Below the pieces are notes generated by a model. That model did not search any database, was not told where the DNA came from, and saw only the letters and a program-made list of their open reading frames with translations. The position numbers and the translations under genes are program-made. A DNA stretch of 60,762 bases from an uncultured Bacteroides sp. (GTDB lineage: Bacteria; Bacteroidota; Bacteroidia; Bacteroidales; Muribaculaceae), in the NCBI GenBank assembly GCA_964556785.1, contig CAZKXM010000001.1:1-60762 (forward strand). The letters are read 5' to 3'. Every line of letters begins with the position of its first letter. Within the stretch, counting starts at the first letter, position 1. Shown here piece after piece: positions 37,778-46,871 of the stretch.

Positions 37778-38754
37778 GCGCTGCCGACTCTTTTTCACTA
37801 ACCGACCGCGCCATGATGCGCAGGGCGCTGCAGCTGGCTCGAAACGGGCAGCTGCACGCGTCACCCAATCCTATGGTGGGAGCGGTGATCACGGCTCCCG
37901 ACGGGCGCATAATCGGCGAAGGATGGCACCGCAAATGCGGTGAGGGACATGCCGAAGTCAACGCCGTTGCCGCCGTAAATCCCGCTGACCAACCGCTGCT
38001 TAAGGAGTCGACAATGTATGTCACTCTCGAACCTTGCAGCCATTATGGCAAAACGCCGCCGTGCGCAAGTCTGCTGATCGACAGGAAGATACCAAGAGTG
38101 GTGATAGCCACAGCCGATCCTTTTGCCAAAGTGTCGGGCCGCGGAATCGCCATGCTTCGTGACGCTGGAGTGGATGTCAGCGTAGGCCTTTTTGAAAAGG
38201 AGGCCAGGCAATTGAACCGAAAGTTCATCACTGCCCACACTCTCCACCGTCCCTTCATAACTCTCAAATGGGCGCAGAGTGCCGACGGATATATCGACGG
38301 CCGCAGCCATGCCGATGCCTCGCCCGCCATAATCTCAGACGCTGCCGGTGCCGCAGAATGCCATAAACTGCGCGCCACTCACGATGCTATCCTTATAGGG
38401 AGCGGCACATTTTTTGCCGACCGCCCTTCGCTGACCGTGCGCAACTTCGCCGGAAACAACCCGCACCGTCTGGTTTACGATCGCCGGGGCCGCATTGACG
38501 GCCGCGAGGCTGAAGGATGGCAGATTCGCCGCGAGCCGACCCTTCAGCAACTCGTTGAAAACCTTTATGCGGAAGGAGTGACATCGCTGCTGGTTGAAGG
38601 AGGCCGCGAGCTGCTACAGTCCTTTATCGACGCCGGTCTGTACGACGACCTTCATATAGAGACAAGCCATTCTCTGCGGCTTGGCCATCTGCCCCTGAAA
38701 ACCGAAGCACCGGTCATAACCGCTCACACCGATATTAACAATCACAATCAATAA
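37774..38754 (+). CDS. ribD: bifunctional riboflavin deaminase / reductase
   Basis: It has the deaminase motifs HAEVNA and PCSHYGKTPPC, plus a reductase C-terminal half. Confidence 0.9.
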   Translation: MSAADSFSLTDRAMMRRALQLARNGQLHASPNPMVGAVITAPDGRIIGEGWHRKCGEGHAEVNAVAAVNPADQPLLKESTMYVTLEPCSHYGKTPPCASLLIDRKIPRVVIATADPFAKVSGRGIAMLRDAGVDVSVGLFEKEARQLNRKFITAHTLHRPFITLKWAQSADGYIDGRSHADASPAIISDAAGAAECHKLRATHDAILIGSGTFFADRPSLTVRNFAGNNPHRLVYDRRGRIDGREAEGWQIRREPTLQQLVENLYAEGVTSLLVEGGRELLQSFIDAGLYDDLHIETSHSLRLGHLPLKTEAPVITAHTDINNHNQ

Positions 38755-38756
38755 AA

Positions 38757-40175
38757 ATGAAGAAGTTACTTACACTTGCCGGAGCCGCGCTGATGATTGG
38801 CGCGGGTCTTTCGGCCGAAACAAGCCGTCAGAGCAAAGCTAAACCGGGCGACGTGATTCTCCACGCGTGGTCATGGTCGTTCGACACCATTGCAGCCAAC
38901 ATGCGCGACATTGCCGAAGCCGGCTATACATACGTCCAGACATCTCCCGCCAATGCCTGCTATGTGGGCGACAACGGAGGCATGGCCCTTTTCAGCAAAG
39001 AGGGCGACGAGAGGATGGGTAAATGGTACTATTACTATCAACCCACCGACTGGCAGATCGGCAACTACATGCTCGGCTCGCGCGATCAGTTTAAGGCGAT
39101 GGCCGACAGTGCGATGAAATATAACGTCAAGATTATTGTCGACGTGCTCCCAAACCACACCGCTATCGATCACACAGCCGTGCTCCCCGGTCTGGACAAT
39201 GCCGTTGGCGGTCACGAGAATCTTTATCATGCCAATGGGTTCACTCCCATAACCGATTACAACGACCGCTATCAGTGCACCACAGGCGAAATGGGAGGCC
39301 TTCCCGATGTCAACACCGAGAATCCTGATTTCCAATACTATTATCTCCAGTATGTCAACGATCTGATCAACCTCGGAACACGCGGGTTCCGCTATGACAC
39401 GGCAAAACATATCGGCCTGCCGACCGACCCCCTCGATCCCAAGGCCGAGCGAAACAACTTCTGGGACGTTGCCACAGGCCGTGAAGCCGTCAAAGGATTG
39501 TGGCTGCTCATGCCCGACAGCCTCTTTATCTATGGCGAGGTGCTTCAGGACAAAAACGTAAAGGAAGAGGAATATGCCGAATATTTCGATCAGACAGCGA
39601 GCTCTTACGGCCACGCCCTGAGAAAAGTGCTCGAAGCGGGCAACGCCAATGCCGACGATATCATCAACTGGCATCATACCGAGCCTAACCATATCGTGAC
39701 ATGGGTTGAATCGCAAGACACATACTGCAATGCCCACGAAAGCACCTCGATTCCCGACGAACTTAGCCGTCAGGGCTGGGTTATCCTCACTTCGCGCGCA
39801 CAGGGCACTCCCCTCTTCTTCAGCCGCCCCGCCGGAAGCACACGCGACAACTACTGGGGTAACAATCTGATCGGAGCCCGTGGAAACGATGAGTTCAAGC
39901 ATCCCGAAGTTGTTGCAGCCAACCGTTTCCGTCAGGCCATGGCCGGTCAGGGCGAGAAGATTGAATGGACCGCAAACGGCGCAGTAGTGACCGTGAGCCG
40001 CGGCGACAAAGGCATTGCGATAGCCAATATCTCTGATAAGGCTCAGAAGCTCAAGATGGTGACAGCGCTACCCGACGGAGTTTACACCGACAAGGTTCAC
40101 GGGCTGGAATTCAAGGTGAAGAATTCGGAACTCTCCGGCAAGATTCCCGCATTCAGCTCCTGCATTCTCTACTGA
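38757..40175 (+). CDS. secreted GH13 alpha-amylase (AmyE-like)
   Basis: It has a signal peptide. Region I is DVLPNHT, region II GFRYDTAKHI, region III YGEVLQD, and region IV WVESQDT (Gln where His is expected). Confidence 0.85.
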   Translation: MKKLLTLAGAALMIGAGLSAETSRQSKAKPGDVILHAWSWSFDTIAANMRDIAEAGYTYVQTSPANACYVGDNGGMALFSKEGDERMGKWYYYYQPTDWQIGNYMLGSRDQFKAMADSAMKYNVKIIVDVLPNHTAIDHTAVLPGLDNAVGGHENLYHANGFTPITDYNDRYQCTTGEMGGLPDVNTENPDFQYYYLQYVNDLINLGTRGFRYDTAKHIGLPTDPLDPKAERNNFWDVATGREAVKGLWLLMPDSLFIYGEVLQDKNVKEEEYAEYFDQTASSYGHALRKVLEAGNANADDIINWHHTEPNHIVTWVESQDTYCNAHESTSIPDELSRQGWVILTSRAQGTPLFFSRPAGSTRDNYWGNNLIGARGNDEFKHPEVVAANRFRQAMAGQGEKIEWTANGAVVTVSRGDKGIAIANISDKAQKLKMVTALPDGVYTDKVHGLEFKVKNSELSGKIPAFSSCILY

Positions 40176-40181
40176 CCCTCA

Positions 40182-41720
40182 ATGCTGACGATGAAACAGT
40201 CGATCTGCCTGCTGCTGCCGGTGCTTATTGCCGGATGTTCAGGATCGGCTAAAACCGACACGGGCAGCCATGCTACCGACTCGGTCAACGCAACAGAGCC
40301 CGAGGTGCTCATGGAGCCGGTTGCATCATTGCCCGACACGGTGTTTCCATCGGCTCGTGAGATAGCGTTCAGCGTCACCGTAAAAGACACCGCAACAGCT
40401 CCCGAAATCAACCTCAGCACTCAGCTCTACGATTCCTCGAAAGGAATACTCACATTTCGCGGCAACCCGCGGCGCGACGCCGATTTCGGCGGACGCGTCA
40501 GCGGGCGCCCTTCCGACATCACAGTCGACTGGACATTCCGGACCGACACCGACAACCGCGACACTAAATATGGCCGTTGGGGAGGGGGAACCGGCTGGAC
40601 CGGGCAGCCGTTGATTCTCAACAGCGAAGGCGGTACAAAAGAAGTGATCGTAGGGTCGCTGTCGTCAAATGTCTACTTCATCGATTTCAACACCGGAAAT
40701 GAATCAAGGCCCAAACTTCCAGCGTTCAACCCCATAAAAGGAACCGTAAGCCTCGATCCGACACTCAACGGAAACCTATACGTCGGTCAGGGTGTGCCTG
40801 CTGAAGATCCGTTCGGCGCCCTGACCTACAATCTTAAAGAACACCGGCTGACCCACACCTTCGGCATGGATCCCGGAGCACGGCGCCGCTGGGGTGCCTA
40901 CGACTCGTCGGCGATCCGTGTGGGAGACTTCGTTATCCGCCCGGGGGAAAACGGCACGATCTACAAATGGCTTCCCGGCGACGACGGCTCGATGAAGCTT
41001 CACAGCCTGATGTGCTACAGCGTCAACGGAGCCTCTCCGGGAATTGAATCATCGATGGCGGTGTATCGCAACTACGGATTTACGGCCGATAACCACGGCA
41101 ATGTTATCTGCATCGATCTCGACACTCTGCGCCCGGTGTGGATATATCGCACGGGTGACGACTCCGATGCCACACCAGTAGTGGCTGAGGAAAGCGACGG
41201 TGTGTACCTGTATGTTTGCTCGGAGATCGACCGTCAGGGCGAAGGAACGGCACGTTTCGCCAAACTCGATGCCTTGACGGGAAGTCCGGTGTGGGAGAAA
41301 CGTGAGCCCGGTTGCCGCTATGATGCCGACGAGAAGCACTTTGACGGCGGCTTTTATGCCTCTCCACTGTTAGGTCAGGGCAAATCGTCGGGGTTGATCT
41401 TCGCCAATCTTGTGCAGAACACCGACGGTCAGAACGGCTGCATGGTGGCTTACAGCCGCAAGGATGGCCGTGAAGTGTGGCGCACTCCGTTGCGCTATTA
41501 CTCATGGTCGTCGCCTGTGGGATTCCTCAACGAAGCCGGCGAGATGTTCATTCTTACGGGTGACAGTGCCGGCAACCTCTATCTTATCGATGCAGCCGAC
41601 GGTTCAATCATTGTGCGCCGTCGCATAGGCAGCAATTTTGAATCATCGCCGGCCGTTTCAGGCAATTCAGCCGTTGTGGGCTCCCGCGGCGATGCCATTT
41701 ACAGAATTTCGATCAAATGA
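40182..41720 (+). CDS. PQQ-like / BamB-like beta-propeller repeat lipoprotein
   Basis: It has the lipobox ..LIAGCSG (an alternative start at ATG 40191 gives MKQSICLLL..). Repeats are of the form ..G..VW...(D/G)..SSP type (VICIDLDTLRPVW, LDALTGSPVW, RKDGREVW, IDAADGSII). Confidence 0.7.
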   Translation: MLTMKQSICLLLPVLIAGCSGSAKTDTGSHATDSVNATEPEVLMEPVASLPDTVFPSAREIAFSVTVKDTATAPEINLSTQLYDSSKGILTFRGNPRRDADFGGRVSGRPSDITVDWTFRTDTDNRDTKYGRWGGGTGWTGQPLILNSEGGTKEVIVGSLSSNVYFIDFNTGNESRPKLPAFNPIKGTVSLDPTLNGNLYVGQGVPAEDPFGALTYNLKEHRLTHTFGMDPGARRRWGAYDSSAIRVGDFVIRPGENGTIYKWLPGDDGSMKLHSLMCYSVNGASPGIESSMAVYRNYGFTADNHGNVICIDLDTLRPVWIYRTGDDSDATPVVAEESDGVYLYVCSEIDRQGEGTARFAKLDALTGSPVWEKREPGCRYDADEKHFDGGFYASPLLGQGKSSGLIFANLVQNTDGQNGCMVAYSRKDGREVWRTPLRYYSWSSPVGFLNEAGEMFILTGDSAGNLYLIDAADGSIIVRRRIGSNFESSPAVSGNSAVVGSRGDAIYRISIK

Positions 41721-42565
41721 CGCGCAGATTCTTCCTTATTCTTGCTTCAGTGCTCCTTGCCGTTTGCGGTGCAACTGCTCAGAAACTGACACCGCACAAA
41801 GGCGATGTGCCCGGTGCATATAATTTCTGGTTCTACACCCCTTATCCCACCCTTGAGAATGAGGACGAGCCGAAGCCTCTGGTGGTGTTTCTCCATGGAG
41901 CGAGCCTCTGCGGCAACAATCTTGACCGCGTGCGCCGCTACGGCACCATCGACGCTATCGAGAAAGGCCGCAAGCTCGATGCCTATGTCATTGCTCCGCA
42001 AAACCCGGGCGGTGCATGGAAGCCTGAAAAGATCATGAAGATCATCGACTGGGTTGGCGACAACCATAACCTTGACTACGACCGCGTTTACGTAATCGGA
42101 ATGAGTCTCGGTGGTTACGGCACCATCGACTTGGTAGCGACTTACCCCGACGAGATCGCCGCCGCAATGGCTTTTTGCGGCGGCGGATCTGTTAGCGACC
42201 TGTCGGGACTCGCCGAGGTGCCGCTATGGATTGTCCATGGAACGGCCGACAATGCCGTCAGCGTGTCGCAGAGTGACAAGGTTGTCAACGCCGTGAAAGC
42301 TACAGGCGACGCATCGCGCCTGATCTACAACCGCGTACCCGGCATGAACCATGCCCAGCCAGCTAGATTTCTCTACATGCAGGAGAGCTATGACTGGCTG
42401 ATGAGCCACAGCCTGCAAGACGAGGACCGACCGGTCACTCAGCCGTTTGACTTTACCGGCAATGTCCTTCACAAGGCCTATCAGGGACTCAAGCGAAGCA
42501 ATTCGGCAGGCACGAAAAAGAAGTCGGCCTCAAAACGGCGCCGCTCATCGAGGAAACGCCGCTAA
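41717..42565 (+). CDS. secreted alpha/beta-hydrolase (carboxylesterase / peptidase S9-like)
   Basis: It has a signal peptide, VVFLHGAS.., the nucleophile elbow GMSLGG and ..IVHGTADN... The C-terminal tail is polybasic. It has an ATGA overlap with the upstream gene. Confidence 0.75.
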   Translation: MTRRFFLILASVLLAVCGATAQKLTPHKGDVPGAYNFWFYTPYPTLENEDEPKPLVVFLHGASLCGNNLDRVRRYGTIDAIEKGRKLDAYVIAPQNPGGAWKPEKIMKIIDWVGDNHNLDYDRVYVIGMSLGGYGTIDLVATYPDEIAAAMAFCGGGSVSDLSGLAEVPLWIVHGTADNAVSVSQSDKVVNAVKATGDASRLIYNRVPGMNHAQPARFLYMQESYDWLMSHSLQDEDRPVTQPFDFTGNVLHKAYQGLKRSNSAGTKKKSASKRRRSSRKRR

Positions 42566-44140
42566 ACGGCGAAGAACTTGCCTCACAGTTTTCCAGCGGG
42601 GGAAGAAGGCGTGGGGGCGCACCGTGCTGTATGACAGCACTATCAGCATCAGCGAAACGATGGCCACGATCAGCAGAAGGCCGTAGATCTCTTTCATGGC
42701 AGTCACTGTTGCCCGGCTCATCAGCATCGATATGAGCTCGCCCGGAGGTGTAACGGCAGCTTCGGGATTGAACAGCGTGAGTTCGGCACCGAGCGAGGCA
42801 GCATTAGAGGCTATCTTGTGGCTGAGGAGTTCGCCGATCAAAGCCGGGCCGAAAGTTGCACCCATGACAGCTCCCGTGAAACCATTGACAGTCAGCGCCT
42901 GGGGGAATACCTCAAACGGCAACCCGCCCTGAACAACCGAGGTGAGAAACACGATTGAGATTATAACCGACGAGGCCCCGCGACAGAACAGCGGCAGAAA
43001 CAGCATCTCTTTCTCCACACCGTAGTCAACCATGAAGTAGAAAACTGCCAGATAAACGACTGCCATAGCAAAGGCAATTGCCGTCATAGTCTTGTAACGC
43101 CAGCGATGCAGAGCGAAAGTGATGTAAGTGAATCCGCAACCGGCAATGATCCCTGCAAACACAAACCAGTTGAGGTCAATGATATTCGTGTCGTCAAAAC
43201 CAAGGATATGGGAGGCATAGGTGTGTTCCACCACATGCTCCGTGGCAATCAATGTGAAGAAAACCAGATAGACACCCGTTGCACGCACTACATTGCGGTT
43301 GGTTAGCGCCCGCAGGGAAATGTAGGCATTCTTCATAAAGGTGGCTCTCCACAGGATCACAACCGCACAAAGCGCTCCGATGGCAGTTGCCCAGCAAACT
43401 TCGACGCTCTCCCACCAGTCGAAATAGTTTCCGTAGACACAAACAAACGTAAAACAGAGCATGAAGCCCGACCAAAGCAGCGCGCCTGTCCAGTCGATGC
43501 CCTTGAGCGGAATGAACATCGGCGACCGCATTGGTTTGAGCAACAGCAGCACGGCTATCATCATCAAAGCCAACAGGCCGCCCATAATGAGGTGCATCTG
43601 TTCCCACTGTGAATGGAATGCCGTGTAGACCGTGGCGATGCCGCTCAGCTGGATCACACTGTAGACAACAAGATAGACATAGCAGAAAAAAATCGCCATG
43701 TCGCGCACCGGCGTGAGCCATAGCTGGATTGTTGAATTGCAGGCCAGTGTTGCCTGCATCCTGAACCATCCGGCAATGAAACAGGTGACGACAAGTACAG
43801 GAACCGATGAGGTTTCGGCACAGATAAAATTTGCGATCAGAAGCACCGCTCCGCAACAAAGCAACTGGGTGCGCGTGGAGAATCGGAACTTGATGCGGAA
43901 CATCACCGCAAAGTTGATCGACATACCCACGAGCGAGGCATAGCCCGCCATCAGAATGTCTTGCTGCATCAGGGCAGTGGTTCCGGCCATATCGGTGGCT
44001 GCCGCGAGATATAAACCTCCCGAGAACTGCACCACCAGCACAAACAGAATGAATATCCACGGCTTGAGACGTCGCGGAACGATGTTGCGCATCTCAGGGA
44101 TATCGAAAGGTCCCTGAGGCGGCAGATGGTCGTGACTCAT
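42545..44140 (-). CDS. MFS (DHA2 / EmrB-like, about 14 TMS) efflux transporter
   Basis: 531 aa, polytopic, last gene of the TolC-HlyD-MFS string. Confidence 0.8.
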   Translation of the reverse strand: MSHDHLPPQGPFDIPEMRNIVPRRLKPWIFILFVLVVQFSGGLYLAAATDMAGTTALMQQDILMAGYASLVGMSINFAVMFRIKFRFSTRTQLLCCGAVLLIANFICAETSSVPVLVVTCFIAGWFRMQATLACNSTIQLWLTPVRDMAIFFCYVYLVVYSVIQLSGIATVYTAFHSQWEQMHLIMGGLLALMMIAVLLLLKPMRSPMFIPLKGIDWTGALLWSGFMLCFTFVCVYGNYFDWWESVEVCWATAIGALCAVVILWRATFMKNAYISLRALTNRNVVRATGVYLVFFTLIATEHVVEHTYASHILGFDDTNIIDLNWFVFAGIIAGCGFTYITFALHRWRYKTMTAIAFAMAVVYLAVFYFMVDYGVEKEMLFLPLFCRGASSVIISIVFLTSVVQGGLPFEVFPQALTVNGFTGAVMGATFGPALIGELLSHKIASNAASLGAELTLFNPEAAVTPPGELISMLMSRATVTAMKEIYGLLLIVAIVSLMLIVLSYSTVRPHAFFPRWKTVRQVLRRLAAFPR

Positions 44141-44141
44141 C

Positions 44142-45176
44142 TCAATACTTTATTTCGCATTCCACATTCATCCCCGCACGGAGTTTCTGCATCGCCTCGG
44201 GCGAGTTTGACGCGTCGAAGCGTATCTTGACCGGAATGCGCTGACGCACCTTGACAAAGTTGCCCGCTGAATTGTCTTGCGGGATAAGCGACAGAGAGGC
44301 ACCCGTTGCCGTAGATATCGCCTCTACAGTGCCATTGAACACAGTCCCGGGAATCGCATCGACCTTTATCTCCACCTCGCTTCCGGGCTTGATGTGACAC
44401 AACTGCGTTTCCTTGAAATTTGCGTTGACCCACACATCGTCGCCGTCAACCACATCGAGCAGTGTCTGCCCCGGCTGAACCAGCTGGCCCGTCTGGATAG
44501 ATTTCCGCGATGTGTAGCCGTCGCAAGGAGCGGTGATCACACTGTACGACAGGTTGAGCTCGGCCGTTTCAAGCATTGCCCTGGCAAGTTCAACGGCTGC
44601 ATCGTTCTGAGCGATGCGCTGGCTCGTCTCCGACACCACCGACGATGTTGCCGACCGCTGGCGCGACATCATCTCATAGCGCGCCTTCTTGGCTTCGAAA
44701 TCAGTGCGGGCGGCATCAAGCTGCCGGCGCGTCACGGCATCTTTCTCAAACAGCGCCTTGTAGCGTTCAAGATCGGCCTCAGCCAGATCCATCACCACCT
44801 TCGCCTCGGCTATGGAGGCATCGGTGACGGCCACATTGGCCGATGCCACGCCCACACTCCGGTCGGCAACCTGACGCCCGGCGAGGGCGGCCTGATAGTC
44901 GGCTGCAGCCCGCGCAACCTGAAGGCGCAGATCGCTGTCGTCGATCACAACAAGCGTGTCGCCTTTTTTCACAGGCTGAAAATCGTCGAACCTTATCTCA
45001 CGGATATAACCCTGCACGCGGCTGTTGACCGGCACAATCTGGCGGCGAACCGTGGCATTATCCGTAAACTCCACGCGGCCCGGATGGATAAACTTAGTGC
45101 AGATCCACACTGCGGCGGCGCCAACTATTATGATTGTGAGGATGAAAGAAAGAATCTGTTTTGTGCGGTGACTCAT
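44142..45176 (-). CDS. HlyD/EmrA-family periplasmic adaptor
   Basis: It has an N-terminal TM anchor, a long coiled coil and a beta-barrel C-terminal part (..VDAIPGTVFNGTVEAIS..). Confidence 0.85.
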   Translation of the reverse strand: MSHRTKQILSFILTIIIVGAAAVWICTKFIHPGRVEFTDNATVRRQIVPVNSRVQGYIREIRFDDFQPVKKGDTLVVIDDSDLRLQVARAAADYQAALAGRQVADRSVGVASANVAVTDASIAEAKVVMDLAEADLERYKALFEKDAVTRRQLDAARTDFEAKKARYEMMSRQRSATSSVVSETSQRIAQNDAAVELARAMLETAELNLSYSVITAPCDGYTSRKSIQTGQLVQPGQTLLDVVDGDDVWVNANFKETQLCHIKPGSEVEIKVDAIPGTVFNGTVEAISTATGASLSLIPQDNSAGNFVKVRQRIPVKIRFDASNSPEAMQKLRAGMNVECEIKY

Positions 45177-46495
45177 ATTGTTCCTGAAATGAAAAGCAGT
45201 TTATAGTAATAGTAGATAATGTTGATGCGGGCGTTGACAAGCTGTTGCTCGGCTTCGAGCTTGGAGTTGGCCGCGTCGAGAAGATCAGTGATAAGAGCCA
45301 TATCGGCACTGTAGCGCGTGGCGGTGGTGTTGTAGTTGGTGCACGCAAGTTCAACACTCTTGTGGCGCATTGCCAGTTCCTCACGCGCTTCAAGATAATG
45401 GAGATAGTCGGCTTTGAGGGCCACTGCCACGTCGTCGGCCGCGGCCTGATAGTCACTGTCGGCCTTTGTGATCGCCGCGCGGCTCCGCGCAATCGATTTA
45501 TTGGTTTTGTAGAGCGACGAAAGATTGTAGCTCACCCCCACTCCCGCAAACCAGTAGCTCAGGTTGCGGTTGATCGGCGGAACCTCCACAAGAATCGGGC
45601 CATCCATGGTCCAGCCGGCCTGGAGTCCGATCTTGGGTAGACGCTCGCTCCTGACAATATCGGCCGCCGTGCGGCTCATTTTCATCGACGAGCGTGCAAG
45701 CTTCAGTGCAGGCGAATTTTCTGTAGCCCGGTCATGCCACAGCAACTCGCTCTCAGCCGGCAGAGCGCGGGTGAGCAGAGTTGTGTCTGGCTCTATGGTG
45801 CTTCCCTGAGGCAGTCCGCAGGTGGTGATCAGGTCGTTGCTGAAAATATTGATCAGGTTGTTGATCTTGATCAGTTCGAGTTCAAGATTCGAGATCAGCA
45901 GCTCATAGCGCGTGATATCGTTTCTGAGCACCATTCCCTGGTCGTGGCGCGCTGTCATTTCGCGTAGCATGGCCCTTGCCTGACTTAGATTGTGCTCCAC
46001 AACGGTGCGCATGTTGCGATACTTCCAGATGTCTAGATAGAAACCTGTTATTGCAAAGCGCAGATTATCGCGTTTGAGCTCGGTTGCATAGCGGGTTGCA
46101 GCTGATTTCTCGCGGGCGAGCCTGATGGCCGACGTTATCGCTCCGCCCGCATAGACCGGCTGCGACACATTGATTCCAAGCCCTGTGCCAAGGTGTGGTA
46201 TCGGAGCTTTCTGATAGTCGCTGTAATTACGTGCGGTGGTAAAACCATCGCCTATATAACTCACTGAGAGTGAAGCGGAAATGTCGGGCAGACGGTGTGC
46301 ACGAGCCTCGCTCTCGGCGCGGTGAGCCTCGGTTTCGGCGGCAAACATGGGTCGCAGTTGCGCGCTGTTTGTCTCGGCAATCTCAAACAGCTCCTCAAGC
46401 GAGCTGATTGCCACTGCCGGCTCTGCCGCAGCCGCAGCCCGTAAGCTCAGCATGGCTGCACACGCAAGCCACGTGAACAATCGGTGATTGATCAT
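45173..46495 (-). CDS. TolC-family outer-membrane efflux protein
   Basis: It has a signal peptide and two helical repeat halves typical of the OEP family. It has a 4-nt overlap with the adaptor gene. Confidence 0.85.
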   Translation of the reverse strand: MINHRLFTWLACAAMLSLRAAAAAEPAVAISSLEELFEIAETNSAQLRPMFAAETEAHRAESEARAHRLPDISASLSVSYIGDGFTTARNYSDYQKAPIPHLGTGLGINVSQPVYAGGAITSAIRLAREKSAATRYATELKRDNLRFAITGFYLDIWKYRNMRTVVEHNLSQARAMLREMTARHDQGMVLRNDITRYELLISNLELELIKINNLINIFSNDLITTCGLPQGSTIEPDTTLLTRALPAESELLWHDRATENSPALKLARSSMKMSRTAADIVRSERLPKIGLQAGWTMDGPILVEVPPINRNLSYWFAGVGVSYNLSSLYKTNKSIARSRAAITKADSDYQAAADDVAVALKADYLHYLEAREELAMRHKSVELACTNYNTTATRYSADMALITDLLDAANSKLEAEQQLVNARINIIYYYYKLLFISGTI

Positions 46496-46704
46496 GAAAA
46501 ATAGAATTGAAAAAAGTAAACGGTTAGAATTCTGTAAATTGTTACTCAGCGCATTTTCATGCCTTCGCGGCTATCGCCTCAGTTACAGATGCCGTACTCT
46601 TCCAATTCTCAAGAAAGCCCCAGTTCATCACAACCGGAGCAGAGCCATAAGTAAAAGGGGAAATTCTGATCAATTTTGCAGCAACTCTTTGTGAATCGCG
46701 ACCG

Positions 46705-46712
46705 CAAAGTTA
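46705..46712 (-). promoter_or_regulatory. -7 box candidate (TAACTTTG on minus strand) for the efflux operon
   Basis: The plus strand reads caaagtta. It lies about 210 nt upstream of ATG 46495. Confidence 0.3.
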
Positions 46713-46839
46713 GCATTTTCGCCTCAATCCCCCAAATCAAAAAACTAAGGCGGCGGGGCGACGCGGCGCTGGGACTGATTTTTGCGGGTTGCGGCGATTG
46801 AAAGCTGCTGCAGGGAGGGCGTGAATGGAAAAAATTCAC

Positions 46840-46847
46840 TAATTTTG
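46840..46847 (+). promoter_or_regulatory. -7 box TAATTTTG for purL
   Basis: It lies 24 nt upstream of ATG 46872. Confidence 0.5.
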
Positions 46848-46871
46848 TGCTTTCAAAAGTCAATTCACGCA

